Assembly (NCBI RefSeq): GCF_009914755.1
Contig: NC_060932.1
From: the human T2T-CHM13v2.0 reference genome, Homo sapiens
Strand: one strand, 5' to 3'
Length of the DNA stretch: 64,000 nt
Part shown: one piece after another, positions 39,098-55,273 of the stretch
Numbering within the stretch: position 1 is the stretch's first letter
How the letters are laid out: the number at the start of each line of letters is the position of its first letter
Program-made: the position numbers and the translations under genes
The notes under the pieces: model-generated
What the model was told of the DNA's origin: nothing
Databases searched by the model: none
Seen by the model: the letters and a program-made list of their open reading frames with translations, nothing else

Positions 39098-39859
39098 TGT
39101 GGACAAAAAGAGTCAAATTCTGAAATATAATTGAAGAGATATATTCTGAGGCATATATGAGTGACCATGGCCCATGACACAGCCCCAGGAGATCCTGAGA
39201 GCATGTGCCCGAGGTGGTGGGGCTACAGCTTGCTTTTATAGGAGAGGTGGGAGGGGCTTCCATGTCATAGGTGGATTCAAAGATTCAAAGATTTTTCTGA
39301 TTGGCCAGTGGTTGAAAGAGTTTATCTAAGGAAGGAAGTGTCTGGGTTAAGATAAGATATTGTGGAGACCAAGGTTCTTATTATGCAGATAAAGCCTCCA
39401 GGTAACAGGCTGCAGAGAGAATAGATTGTAAATATTTCTTATCAGACTTATAAAAGGTGCCTGATTCTTAGTTAATTCTCTCCTGGATCAGGAAAAAGAC
39501 ATGTCAAGGGAAAGAGATTTTCCACACAAGAGACAGCTTTGCAGGGCCATTTCAAAATATGTCAAATAAATATATTTTGGGAGTAAAGTACTTTGATTTC
39601 TTTCAGGGCCTACTAGCTGTCATTTTGGCATTTTATGGGTTTGAAGAATCTGCTTTGTTAGTCTTAAGTTCTCTCTATTTTAATGTTAATGCTGGTCAGC
39701 TGAATTCCAAAGGCACAAAGGTATAATGGGTCATGTTAGACCACCCATTCCCATTGTAGCCTGAACTAGTGTTTCAGGTTTATTTTGGAATGCCCTTGGC
39801 TGAGAAGAGGCATTCATTTAGTTGGTTCCGGGACCTAGAATTTTTATTTTTGGTTTATA
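39098..39859 (-). mobile_element. MER4-family ERV1 solo LTR
   Basis: AAAAAGAGTCAAATTCTG..ATGAGTGACCATGGCCCATGACACAGCCCCAGGAGATCCTGAG..TTTATTTTTGGTTTA. Confidence 0.85.
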
Positions 39860-41954
39860 ACTGTGTCTTTCTACTTGTTGCTCCTATTTGATGGGCCATA
39901 CTTCACTATGCTTCTTTTGCTCATTAAGTTCAAAGTACTCTTCATTTTAGTTGTTTTAATGTTATTGACTCCTACTTTGATCATTTCTTCCTGTCAGATC
40001 TTCAGTATTTCCACCACATCATCTTTCTATCACATCCTAACTCTCCTACTCCCTTCCCTTCAGTGATTGCCAGGACACACAACAGTATAATAAAATCAGA
40101 GGTCAAGAGAGTATGTTTAATTCATTTGTATTGGTTTTCATGGAATCAATTCATGCTCATGTATTTTAAATTAAATATATACAATTTCCAAGCTTGCTTT
40201 TCATTTTCTTTTTCTTTTTCTTTTTCCTCCTTCACTATTACTGACCTAGATTCCATGCACCAGATGTGTTCACCTGGAACTCAGATTAAAAGGAAGAATG
40301 TTCACTCCCTGCTCCTTTTGTGCCTCAGGTCACAATCTGGAGAATTCCTCTACAGAGAGAAAGGCTGGAAAACATATTTCTAATTCTTAGAAGGAGGTAA
40401 TTAAATAATTTCCTTTTATGATACTGTCTTTGTTCTCGTCTTGAAAGGAAAGAGCATCCCCTTTATCACTTTAAACAGGGCAAACTAGTATTTCTAACCA
40501 TCCTCCCAAAGTTAATTAACATGTAAATACTTGTCAGTAAAAGGTAACACTTCAGCAATTAGCATATAAATGGGCCAGGGACAATATTCTGCCATAAAGG
40601 AGACAGCTTGGAAGATTTTGCCAAATGTATTTGGAGAGAAAAAAATATAAAATAAAATACAGGCTTCATCATTTTCATGCAAACAGTTATGAACTAGAAT
40701 GTCAGCTGAAGCCTGTGGTAAAAGGAGAACTACCCTGCTTAGATTGAATGAGGTGAAGTTTGCATACACAACAGGGTTTTATGTACATGTTTACTCAAGT
40801 AGCGATGACGGAAAGTGACTAATTGTTTATGTCCAGAAAAACACATCACGTTTGTTTGATTTTAATGAATACCATCAGCGAAGGAAGCAGAAAGCCATAG
40901 GTGCAAAAAGAATTGAAGGGCTAATTTTTCCATATTGGCTGTAATGATTAGTACACTCACAAAATTGCACATGCAGGGAATGCTTCTACTCAGCCCTGAA
41001 TTTGTGTTTCAAATGAGGTAATTGTGCACCTAATGATCCGTTTGCACAAGCAATTACCTGATTGGCATATGCCAGGTGAGCTTGTGAGAGATAATAGGAC
41101 AAATGTACTTTTTTTTGGCTTTGCATCCATGATATCCTAGTTTGAAAAACAAAATAATTATAGTCATATTACATTTGTGACATTTTTATTGGAATCATGG
41201 GTCCATGTGTGAATGGGATGCTCATGCTGATGAATGAAAGATCATTAGCCCAAGATGAAAATAAACTCTGACCACCCTACCAAAGATACTTGTTATTTTA
41301 TATTTATTGTTAAAACTACAACATAGATAAGTTTATGGGGGGTGTCTCAGAATTTCTAATCAGAAAACTTGGCTTAAAATCGCATGTAGCTACTATGTCA
41401 ATTCCAGATAGCCAAGCTTAGGCAAGTCACCTAAAAATGCCAAACCATGGTTCTTCAAAATGGAGAGAATAATTTTGTTTATATGGAAACTTGAGCTGGT
41501 TATTACTCATTGCATCCTGCATTAGAAGTGTCAACATTAAGTCTTATTGATGCCTACGCCAGGTCCAGGTGAACCCTAGGAAACATCTGTTAGTGTTGGT
41601 CTGCTCAGCATCTCGTCATCTCCTTCACTTGGCAGGGCTGAAAATCTGGACCCCACCCCTCTCACTACCAGGTGACAGGTGATCCAACTAGATTGAAGTC
41701 ATCCTTGACAGACAGGGTCAGGCTCAACCACAGTTTTCCTACCTTTTTCCAGACCTAAAAAAGTCCCTTCAGGCTATGTCAGAGTCCACGGGTGGGGTCA
41801 AAACTGGATACATCTTGTACATTTGAAAAGTAAGCATGTTTTCAGAGCACTTTAGCCTCGGCAGTGTGAATACTGTAGGACGGTGGAAAGGATCTGCACG
41901 TAAGCCTCAACCTACCCAGAAGCTGGCCATTTTCTCCCTGCACCCTAGAAAGTC

Positions 41955-42174
41955 AAGTGGGCCAGTAGAACTTTCTATAATGATGGAAATATCCCATAAT
42001 CTGTACTGTGCAATATGTTAGCCATTAGCCACATGTGGCTGTTTAACACTTGAAGTGTAGCTAATGGTAAGGAGGACTCAGGAACTGAATTTTTAATTTT
42101 ATTCAATTTTAATGAATTTAATTTAACTTTAAAGAGCCACATGAGGCTTATGGCTACCATGTTGAACAATGTAG
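41955..42174. mobile_element. MER3 hAT-Charlie MITE
   Basis: AGAACTTTCTATAATGATGGAAAT..TAGCCACATGTGGCT..GGCTACCATGTTG. Confidence 0.85.
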
Positions 42175-43547
42175 CAAGGAAAAAACAGTTTATCAAGTAA
42201 CAACTCCATACTATGACTGTGAATGTCAGCTACTGTCCACAGTTCTTTACTCCTACCCTTTAAAAATATATAATGCCAATCCTCCTTTTCCATAGCATCT
42301 TTGACACTTTTTTAGCCATTTCTTTGCCTATTCCTGGTCATCATCGATAAGGTAAAAAAGCACAAGGATCTAAGACTGAAATAATTACTCTTATTAGAAT
42401 CCATCCTAAAACCAAACCAAAACAAAACAAAGAAAGAAACAGAAAGGCAGAGCTTGTCTAAGGCTTTTGGTGCCTGCAACCTAATTGTTGATGACCATTA
42501 GAGATGAGACTCTCATCTAATTGAGATGGAATGTTAATGAATCAGAGTTTGTGACCTAACTAGGTATCTAAAATCCTGTATCCTAAAACTCATGCCTAAC
42601 TTGACTGGGCTTTGAAAGCATGGATAAAATAATAATAATAAAATTAATATAGAAACAATAATAGTGAATAATAATTTATGATGTTTCAAGCACTGCTCTA
42701 AGATCATGGTTTATGTAATTTATTCTTCACGACAGCCTTAGGAGATGGTTGTTATTGTTTTTCTTATTTCACTGATTGAAGAACTGAGACTTCTAAAGGC
42801 CACCTTACTTGTCCAATGTCATAGCAAGAACATGTGGCAGAGCTGAGGTTCAAAGCCAGACCAGTCTGGCACCAGAGCCTACTGCCATAACCACTGTGTG
42901 ATGTGGTCTTGAACCACATCAAGGTTAAGGATATTCCCGCAAAATTATCAAAACGTTTTAGGTTTTATAGAAAAGCAAGAGTTTCCATGCTAGACAACTA
43001 CTCTGCTGATGAACCAATATCAGTGAGTCTGAAACTAGGTAAACTGTTTTATGCACAATTTAAGAGACTATTGAGACAGAGGAGTATCTGGAATGGCCTC
43101 TCTCTAAGGCAACAAGGATCTCACTTCTTCCTAAAGAGCTGAAATGAACCACTGAGTCTGGTTTTGTGTGACGGTTTCTTCCCTGAAATGAACAGTTCAG
43201 GATCATCTCAAGGACAGGAACACATTTATGCTTTAGTCCATCTAGGGTGAGGACCCGAGACCTATCGTGCCCCGTGACGGCCTCTGCTGACTGGTTTTTT
43301 CTTTGAGGCTTGCAATGCTGCCTACATTAGGCTAGGTTTTGGCAAGTGATTTATAGTACTGTTTGAGATTGCCATTCTTACTCAGGTGTAAAAAAAGTGG
43401 TGAGATTGTCTCAGAATTGAAAAATGGCAATCTAGTCCAAAATATAAATAATTGGAATTCTGGCTTCCAAAACTAGGTATGTGAAACAGAGGTGGGAGGT
43501 GGAAAGTAGGATGCGGCAATTTTCTCTGATGATACTAAAACCTTCAG

Positions 43548-43573
43548 ACACACACACACACACACACACACAC
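43548..43573 (+). repeat. (CA)n microsatellite
   Basis: ~13 CA units. Confidence 0.95.
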
Positions 43574-44985
43574 AGCCCTATGTATAAGACCAGGGCACTA
43601 ATATTCATTAAGCTACCCTGCACCTACCTCTCTGCCTATAAAACTTAAGATCAAGTAACCCTTGAATATTGTCTCCCTTGAATCTAGCCATGCTGTAGCT
43701 GTTAACAAGAAATTTTAGAGCTACTTTCAAAAAAATATAAAAGAACTTATTTGTAGATTTAGAAAAAAAAAATAAGTGTAAAATACAGCCACAAATAGGG
43801 CTATTGGAGACAACTGAAAATACTAATTTTCCTGGATAATTCTACATAGCAGGACATGATCATATCCAATTAAGTTGAGCTCTGTTCAATAATCACTGTG
43901 TAATGGGATAGAATCACAGAGTAATAGGATTTGTTTAAGGCAAGGACAGAGGAGCTTAATACCTATTAGATACCTTAAAAGCATTAAGAATGAAAAAGAC
44001 CAATTGATACGAAACAGTTTACAGGAACCTAAAGAAAATGCAAATAGCTCTATGGTTTCTCTGAAGAGTCTTAGTTGACATTTACAAACTTTGTTGCTCA
44101 GTAATTTTCAGCGCTAACTTATCTGAAAATAGTTAGAATCAAAAAGAAGAGCTCAATATAAAGACATAAACTTTTTCTTAAAAGATCACTGACCCTGGCA
44201 GATCAAAGTCTGCTCTGGAGTAGACAGGACAAGATCTTGGAAGGTCATGATGGCCCTGAACATATTGTTTGGCTTCTCAGATAGAGAACGTTCAAAAGGA
44301 ACTGTGAATGCCTTGTCACGCTTGAACTATATATTAGTTGGCTAAGCTGAGAATCAAATATGGGAAATTAGTTGCCATTAAAAGATCGCTTCAGGCAGTT
44401 CATTTCTCATCAGCCAAGCTGTGCAGGCCTCCTGCTGGGGACAGTGAACATTAGCTTACTAAATACTTCAGCTCATCAGACGCTGCTTTACTCATGGATG
44501 GGCCTGGATTTTGGTGATGGGGGAAGGGGAAGAGGAAAGAATGGATATAAAACGTAACTACCAGCATCTGTCTGGGTAGAGATTAATTCTCTATGCTATT
44601 AAAAATATAATTGTTCATTGACATGTACAGATATTCACAACTTATTGTTAAAAGGAAAACAAACTGGTTCTAAAACCATTTTTATATGATGCTGTTTTCA
44701 GGGGGAGTGTATGTATTTAACCTGGAAGAATGAACCGCAACATCTTTACAGTGGTGAGTTTGGGGAGGTGTTTTTGGGTAAGTGTTTTTAGGATGACTTT
44801 TTATAATTTGTTTTATTCACATATATTTTAAATACATTTAAAATTATATTATTTTCAATAATTATAATTTTATAATAAACATCTGGTAGTAAATATAATA
44901 CTAGACATTAAACAGAAGATTATGCCTATTTCACTTTCTTCTCCTTGAAATGTTTTATTTCCTTTGGAGGAACACTCATCCTGCA

Positions 44986-45936
<951 letters not shown>

Positions 45937-48143
45937 TGAGGGCCTTCCAAATGCTTGAAGGAAAAAATTCCAGAGTGAGTATAAATGAATTGTGAAAAGA
46001 AGCTATACTTTATCTTAGGGCCTACCCTGTTCTAGCAGCTCTAGAATTATGCTGCATAGGACAGCCCTAAAACTCGGCACCCAGAGTCGCCCGACATTAT
46101 CACCGGGCTTTCTCTGTCCTGAGAGTTTGCACAGACTCACCTTTGTTCTCCCAGTGAAATAAATTATGTGCTCCAAAATAGAGGGATGTGCCTACCTAGA
46201 AGTTTGCATTATATATAGGCAAAATAATGAATGGGCTCTGGAGTCAGACACTCTGAATTGGAATCTCAGTTTCACTGCATAATGGCTGAGTAACCTTGGA
46301 AAAGCCACTTAGTCATCTCTGGGATTCAAATTCTTTATCTATAAAAGGAAAGAGTAAAACCTATATCATACAATTTCCTTGAGGATTAAATTACGTGTTC
46401 GTAAAGCCCGTAAGGGAGGTCATCTCTGAGTTCTGGTTACTCTTACTTTCCCACCTTTTCACTCAGTGAAGCGGCAAGAAGACCATGGATAGGAAAAGGT
46501 GCTACAATGGCAGAGTTTTAAACAATGTAGGGTGGAGGAAGTATATGCAGCACGCAAACTTAAGTAGAGAAGAGGGGGTATATAAGAGCAAGTGTCTTTA
46601 AAAGTGCAAGTTGTGACTGATGGATACCCAGGCAGTACAGAATCTATTCCTGCAAGATACCCGCCCCCCACCCACTGAGAGGGAGCTTTCCAGAAGTACA
46701 AAGCTCTCATGATAGGAGACAGGGGGCCCAGCTTTGCTACCTGACCTACTTAGCCATATGAGCTGGTAAATGTGCCTGGGATTTCAAGCCAATTTTCCTC
46801 TCTTCAAAATGGGGATGTCATCTACTTTGTCTCAAAAAGTTGTCATGAGACTCAAAAATTCTTTACAAAGTGGAAAATGCTACTTAACCATTTGTTAGGA
46901 CTCCGGTTTGCAAGTAAGTGACAGAAACCCAGATCAGATAAGCATAAGCAAAAAGGGAAATTTCTCACAGAGTCAAGTACAGGAACAAAGCTGGGGTCCA
47001 GGAACTCCTGGTAAGGTGGCTAACTCAGCCCCTGGTACGGTGGCTAACTCGCTCATTCCTGGCATTAGCACTAAAAGTGCAGGGTCCTGGAAAACCCCTC
47101 AGCGCAGGCCAACAGAGAAAGTTGGCCACCATCCCTGGCTTCTGTGACCCTGTGAGTGCCTGATTCATTCCTCTCCCCCTGCTGACCCGCTTCCTCCATT
47201 TTCTCTGTCCATATGGTTAGAACCACAGTCAAGGACAGGTTCTAATATCTAATTTTGTTACGGCATGGGCGATTTCATGTTTTATTGCCCACGACACAAC
47301 TATAGTTTAGAATAATCCCATTTTTAAAAGTCTCATATTTTGCTGTTAGGAAATCATCAAAGTTATAAGCCTGATGTCTGTATTTTTATAAAAGAAGTGT
47401 AATTTAGGAACCATTATAGGGAATGAGTTCAGCGAACTCCTCAGATCACTTATTTTCCAATGGAACCACTTAAACATACCCCATTATCTCTGAGAAATCA
47501 TGAGATGCAGGGAGGGGCCTTGTTTTTAAGGTAGTTTGGGTATTGTCTGCTACCTGGCTTAACAGGAAGTTCTATGAGAGACTCAGGAACTATATGACTC
47601 CATGTGGCTATTTTGCTTACTGTGTTAACCCCAGCACTCAAAACCAGCTGGCCAGGTGGATGAACAAACAAGTAAATGAAAATGAAAACATGAGAAAGCT
47701 AAATGTTGAGATGTGTGCTACATTCCCTGTAGGTCAGAAACTCAGAGAAGGAAGGGAAGTGTGAGGTGTACTGTACTGGGTGAAGACTCACAGGGGTCGA
47801 GAACAGCTATAGCATGGGAAGGGGAGGCTCATTTTTCGTCTTCCTCATTCAGTTTCTGACTCATTGTACTATAAGACAGAGCATAAAGTCCAGTGTATGT
47901 AGATAAGGGAATTGGCTTTCACCAGACGGTAGTCCACTAGCATACCCCTCCCCTGTGTTTTGGAATTCACACTCCCCAAGGATATGGAACAATGGCAAGG
48001 GAGTCAGGGCTGGGCCTGCTAGGGCTGTTCTCTTCTTGACCACCTCCAAGTTTCTTCTATTTGAATGTGTTCTTTTGAAAACAAAGATGTAGATTTTATG
48101 AATGTTTTCCCCAGTTTGCGATTAAACTTAATGAAAAACAACA

Positions 48144-48450
<307 letters not shown>

Positions 48451-49949
48451 ACCAACAACAACCAGGCTGAACCTCATTTTCATTTGCTTTCCTAACTCTT
48501 TGCCTATTTCCTTGCGGATTCTCCTTCTTTAGCCACCCGGCTCTACCTCGTCTCACACACAGATTTCTACCCGATCCTTCCACTCTGGCAGTCAGCAATG
48601 GGCTTTAATTGACACATCATTAAAAAATACTCAGGCACCATCTGAACTGGAATAAGAATAAATTCCAGGCAAAGGGCTCAAGCCAGCCTTCCAGATTTCA
48701 GTGTCAGAGAGCCGTCTCAGAGGAGGCAAAGTCATTTTTTCTGTCGTCTTTCTCCAGCATTGCAGCTATTCTAAACAAGCCAAATTGGAATAAACGCTCC
48801 ATGACACTACTCACCACCTTGTGTTTTCATAGGGGCGGCTGCCTAACAGTTTACACTGAACTATTTAACACTAGCCTATTTGCTCTGACAGCTCTTTTAT
48901 TACAGATGACCACCCCAGGCCTTGGGAGGTTCATTTTGTCCAATATTGGTTTCATTTGGGTATGATCATTGTGTTCGGAGTTGTTTACTGAGCAGACTGC
49001 TGCTAACCTCCTCCTATCGTTGATTGCCTACCAGAAGAAGCAGTCCAGCTCAGTTTCCTGGTTCCAAGAAAGAGAATTCAGCAAGAGGAGGGTCAAATTA
49101 CCCCAAACTCCAGATCATCTCTATCAACAATGTCATATGTGTCCAGGAAAGAGAAGCTTTATTGTTTGTCTTGCTCTGTTTTCTGAAGCTAAGAAGACAA
49201 TTGCTTCCTCGCAAACATGGACAGATTAAATACACTACATTCTGTCCTTTTCACCATCTGCTTCTTGCTTATTTTATTTTAAGCTGCATGACTAAACTTT
49301 ATTATCTGACGGACGGGTGAAGGTGGGCCCTGCTGCTGCTGTGCTCTACTCCTTGAGGCTTGGAATGAATGCAAAGTTGCAGGGCTGATCTGCAAAGGGG
49401 TGAGTCAGAAATCAATCGGCCACTGTGCAATTATCACTCGCTGTGTCAAATACCGAGACATTAGCATTCTAAGATTCCTCTTGGCAAGATTCACAGCAGG
49501 GGGAAGGGAGTGATGGAAGGGGAACAACAACAAAAATCTTGCTTTGTTTTATTCCTCTAAATATCCATATTTGCATAATATCCCTTCTCTTTGTGCTTCC
49601 CTACAAGTGCTGTGAGGAAGATTCTGTTCCCAAGCTCTGTCTCTTAAACTTCTCCTGAACCTCTTGGGGTTTCTAGTCTCCCTACTATCTACCTTTCTTA
49701 TTTCCCAAAATATGTTAAAGCATTCTATCACCTCTATCACCATAAGCCTGCAGAATCCTCCTTGGAAACTCCTGACAATTCATTTCGAGCCCCATTCATT
49801 CTGACTTCTTCTACATTTAATCTGATTTCTAGGACAGGAACGAAGGTAAGGCAAGATAGGCACTCACCTTGAGTACTCGGGTATAAAATTTAAGAGGACA
49901 TCAAAATCTCAGTAGCCTAGATTAATATTTCAATGCCATATATTTTAAC

Positions 49950-50925
49950 GTTTTTTAAAATTAAACTTTTATTTTGAGATAATTATTTCATATGCAGTTG
50001 CAAGAAATGATAGAGAAACATTTCCCCACCACTATCCTTTACCCAGTTTCCCCCAGTGGTATGATCCTGTAAAACTAAAGTATCACAACCAGGATATTGA
50101 CATTGATATAGTCAAGATACAGAACATTTTCATCACTGCAAGTGTTCCTCACATTGCTCTTGTAGTCACATCCCCTTTCCTCTCACCCCCACCACTCTTA
50201 GCCCTACACCATCACTAATTTGTTTCTCATTTCTACAATTGTGTCCTGTTGAGAATGTTATCTAAATAGAGTCATACGGTATATAACCTTTGGGATATTT
50301 TGGTTGTTTCACTCAGCATAATTCTCTGGAGATTCATCCAGGTTGTCATGTGTATCAATGGTTTGTTCCTTTTGGTTGCTGAGTAGTCTTCCATGGTACG
50401 GATGTGCCATAGTTTGCCTGTTCATTCACTTGCTTGAAGACATCTGGATTGTTCCAGTTTAGGGCCATTTACCCATAAAGTGAATATAGTTTTATTTATC
50501 TGGGATAAATGCCCAGGAGGGCAATTGTTGGGTCATATGGTTGTTGCATGTTTTCAAGAAACTGCCGGACTTATTTTCCAGAATGTACCATTTTACATTT
50601 TATATTTCCACCAGCAATGTAGGAGTGATCCAGTTTCACCATCTTCACTGGCATTTGGCTTTGTCATTATGTTTTTATTTTAGCCATCTTGATAGGTGTG
50701 TAATGATATTTTATCGTGATTTTAATTTGCATTTTCCTAATGGCTAATAATGTTTAACGTATTTTCATAAGCTTACTTGCCATCTGTGTGTCCTCTTCAA
50801 AAAAAAAGTGTCTTTATATCTTTTGCCTATTTCTAATTGGATTGTTTGTTTGTTTACTAGCAAGTTTTTAGAGTTTTTTATGTATTCTAGATACTTGTAT
50901 TTTGTTGAGTTTGTGTTTTGCAAAT
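49950..50925 (-). mobile_element. L1MC/L1MD 3' end
   Basis: TTTACCCAGTTTCCCCCAGTGGT..ATCACAACCAGGATATTGACATTGAT..GTCAAGATACAGAAC 3'UTR signature followed by antisense ORF2 C-terminus. Confidence 0.8.
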
Positions 50926-52390
50926 GTATGTATGGGTGTGTGTTCACATGTATGTGTTGACCAATTATTTTTTACAATTTTAAAAATATTTTTATGTAAC
51001 TATAAGGGAAGGGTGAAATGTAAAATATCTAACACTTATGGCATGGAAGTCAACCACCAATCATAATGGATGCTGGCCTTGAATGACAGGTAGGCCTGTT
51101 GTTACATGAATCAGCACAAAATCTACCTTACCACTAGAAAACATGTAATCCAGATATAATGCTAAAATGTGCTTTTTGCTTTTACATTATGCACATAGAA
51201 ACTTCAGAGTTACCTGTTGAAATTTTTGTCTGAATATTCATCAATGTCATTTATAACCGGTTAGCAGGTATTTGTTGCTGGCTATGTTCAAGATGCTCAC
51301 ATACATGTAATTAATTAACTAAATCCTTTCTATACATTGACAGGCATTTCTGAAGGACAGAAAAATGAGAGAAAATCATTAATATTTGCTTCAAAATTAG
51401 TATACTTTATTGTAATAATAACAATTATATAATTTGGATATTTGAGGTTTTATTTCCTTATGCAAATATGGATCCCAATGGACAAACTTACTAGGTGACT
51501 TCAATAAATCATCTTAACAATCCTGAGAAGTATTAGCATTCCCTTTTTTTCCAGATGGAAGAATTGATTACCTTGAAAATGGCAGAGCCTGAACCAACAG
51601 CCATGTTGTTGTTATTGTTTTTACTGTAGATCCTGTCCCATTCATCATGTGTGAAAAGAAGCTCTTTGAAAATGACAAAACTTTATATGAATTGTAGATA
51701 ATTTTATTTCTATTAAAAATGAAATATTCTTCTGATGAAAATGTCTGAGGAAAGTGGTTTATGGATTATATCTTTGAATAGATCCTCATTTCTAAAAGAC
51801 AAGTAATCAATTGATTGATAGTTGGTTTTACTTTATTGTTCTTTAATGTCCAAATTCTTTTTAGGCTCCAGGCAGAGCTACAGACTTCACCTTTTTCATG
51901 TCGGGGTTTTAAATTTTTTTCTAAAGAGTAGTTTCCCTAAACCAACCAGTCTATTGATTTGTTAGTTTTGTAGAACAGCAAATCTCTTGCTCCATAGGCT
52001 AATTTATTAGTCTAGTAATAATTAGACTACATCATTAAATATTAGTCTGACATCTAATGTTAGCATTCCCTTTTTTTCAGATGGAAAAATTGATTACCTG
52101 GAAATAGTCTAATTATTAGTAGTCTATATCGTTAAGATATTAGTTTAATATTATCAGTATTACTGAGATCAAAAGTCGAATCTGATGTTCTCTATGAAAA
52201 TTTGGATAAAGGGCAGGACTTCCATTTTAGTCATATTTGAAAAATGAAACCAGGCATGCAATTGGTGCTCTGGAAAAGTTTGTTTGCCCTCCACTAGCGG
52301 AACATTTTTCTACAATAATCTTAAGGCTATCTACGTTATTTTATTTTTTAAAAGTCTCAGGACTTCTATTTTGATAGATTAGAAATCTCC

Positions 52391-53062
<672 letters not shown>

Positions 53063-53645
53063 AGAGAACTCCCTCCACTTTTTTTCCCCAAGTCACCACC
53101 ACTTCTGACACTATCTTTTTCTCTAGCGTTCTGCTGTTGTGGTCCCTGGCGCATGCTTGTTTCACAAAACGCCAAGAGTAGATCAGTGGATGTCATTGGG
53201 AAAAAAAACAAAAAAATAAAAAAACAGAAAGTTTACCATTTCTCAATGTTTACTAAAGTGACATCCTAATAATACACCTTTTAAGGCAAAGCATGGGGAA
53301 GAACCACAATGGTCAGCTAGGAAAACACCAAATGATTCAATTAAGTTGGAAATACTCATTTAGTTGAGTGGACATCTGTCAACCTTAATCTGGTTCAGTA
53401 CAATGCTAATTCTATATTGACTCCAATTTTATGAATTTGTTGTTGGTATAAGACTATAGGCTTACTAATATTCTCATAAATGTGGCACATTACCAGGATA
53501 TTCCTCTTTCAACTGTTTTAGTGATTAATGGAAAGAAGTTGTTTAGAGGGAACAAAATATTCATATAAAATTAGCAACAGGAACCATTTGCACAAATGAG
53601 CTAAAAAGTAAAAAGTGTACAGAGGAATAAAAAAGAGCAAAAAGA

Positions 53646-53891
53646 TTTGGGAGGCCGAGTAGGGTGGATCACCTGAGGTCAAGAATTTGAGACTAGCCTG
53701 GCCATACCATGGCGAAACCCCATCTCTACTAAAAATACAAAAAATTAGCTGGGTGTGGTGGCAGGCACCTGTAATCCCAGCTACTCAGGAGGGTGAGGCA
53801 TGAGAATCATTTGAACCAAGAAGCCAAGGTTGCAGTGACCCGAGATTGTGCCATTGCACTCCAGCTTGGGTGATAGAATGAGACTCTGTCT

Positions 53892-53919
<28 letters not shown>
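53646..53919 (+). mobile_element. 5'-truncated AluS
   Basis: Begins at TTTGGGAGGCC; TSD AAAAAGAGCAAAAAGA at 53630-53645 and ~53920-53935. Confidence 0.92.
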
Positions 53920-53927
<8 letters not shown>

Positions 53928-55094
53928 AAAAAGAGAAGGCCAGGGACTGGCTGGCATCCATAAGCAGAGAATAGAAAGAAGAGAGCCAAACAGGTAAATA
54001 CATAGAGTATACTAAGAAAGGAATGGATGCATGATCAACAGAGGGTCAAAAAAAGTTTTCAGAAGGATACAGAAAGAAATAGCAGCTTTCAAATTCAACC
54101 TGGAGAAAGTTATTGGTGATTCTAGGGAGCACACTTGTGTTTCTTAGTCAAGAGACCTAGGGCATTGCAGGTAATATGGAGGAAATAGAGGCAGCTGGTA
54201 GAGCTGTAGCAAGTAATCAGTTATCTGCATTTGGAGGTGTCTATTAAGAAGGAAGTTCCCAGGGGAACATGGTAGGACATAAACCATTCTGTCCTCATGT
54301 GCTTCCAGGGATATGGCCAATGTCCCTTCTTCCTCTGAGCTCCTGTAGTTTATCCATCTGTGACACTCATTTGGCACTTAGGACCTGCTGGCTTGTATTG
54401 TTCTTTATTTCTTTAGGAGCTGGTCTATTTCCAAAACAGCCTGTGAGCTTTTTAACAATTGCTTTATATTGTCTGCCACAATGCCTTGCACATAATGTTA
54501 GTGACAGCAATAGTTGTAGAGGTAGCAGTAGTAAAAGTAGTAATAGAAAGAGCTGTTACTATGACTGTGCTAAGTACTTTATATATCTTATTTCATTTAA
54601 TCCTCCTCCTAGGGTAGCTACTATTATTATCTGTCATTATCTCCAATGTAAAAGTGAAGACACTGAGGCTCAGAGAAGTTCAATAACTTGGTTCTACTCA
54701 GCTTGTAGATGACAGAGTTGGGATTCACATTCAAAGGTTTCAGATCTCAGTTGCCAAAGTTTGACAAGGAAGATTTGGTACACACTATCTCATTTCTTTT
54801 TTCTTTTTTCACTAATATAAAATTGTAAACAATAAGGTTTTATCAGATACTCAGTGCAATAAGTTGTTTTATGTCTCTCACTGGAATTTTCAATTATCTT
54901 GGCTTTTATGATTTGTCACCAGAAGCAAAATGGTTTATGTCTGGGAGAACCCTGAAGCCATGATGGCTCTGGTGAATGTGGGAGCCTGAAAAGCACTGGA
55001 TCTCTGACCAGAAACATAGAAAAAATAGTACAGGAAACATTGTCTGTCAAATAAGCCACTCACAGAAACAAAGGCCAGGCAGAGGCCAGATAGC

Positions 55095-55273
55095 ACTACC
55101 AGGTGAAATATAGGTACCTGGCTAATTTGAATTTCAGATAAACAAATTTTTCAATATAAGTATGTCCCAAATGTTGCATGGAATATACTTATATTAAACA
55201 GTATTCATTTAAAAATCTGAAATCCAAATTTAACTGGGAATCCTGTATTTTTACTTACTGAATCTGGCCACCC
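55095..55273. mobile_element. MER53 hAT MITE
   Basis: AATTTGAATTTCAGATAAAC..ATAAGTATGTCCCAAAT..AAATTTAACTGGG..TCTGGCCACCC. Confidence 0.8.
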
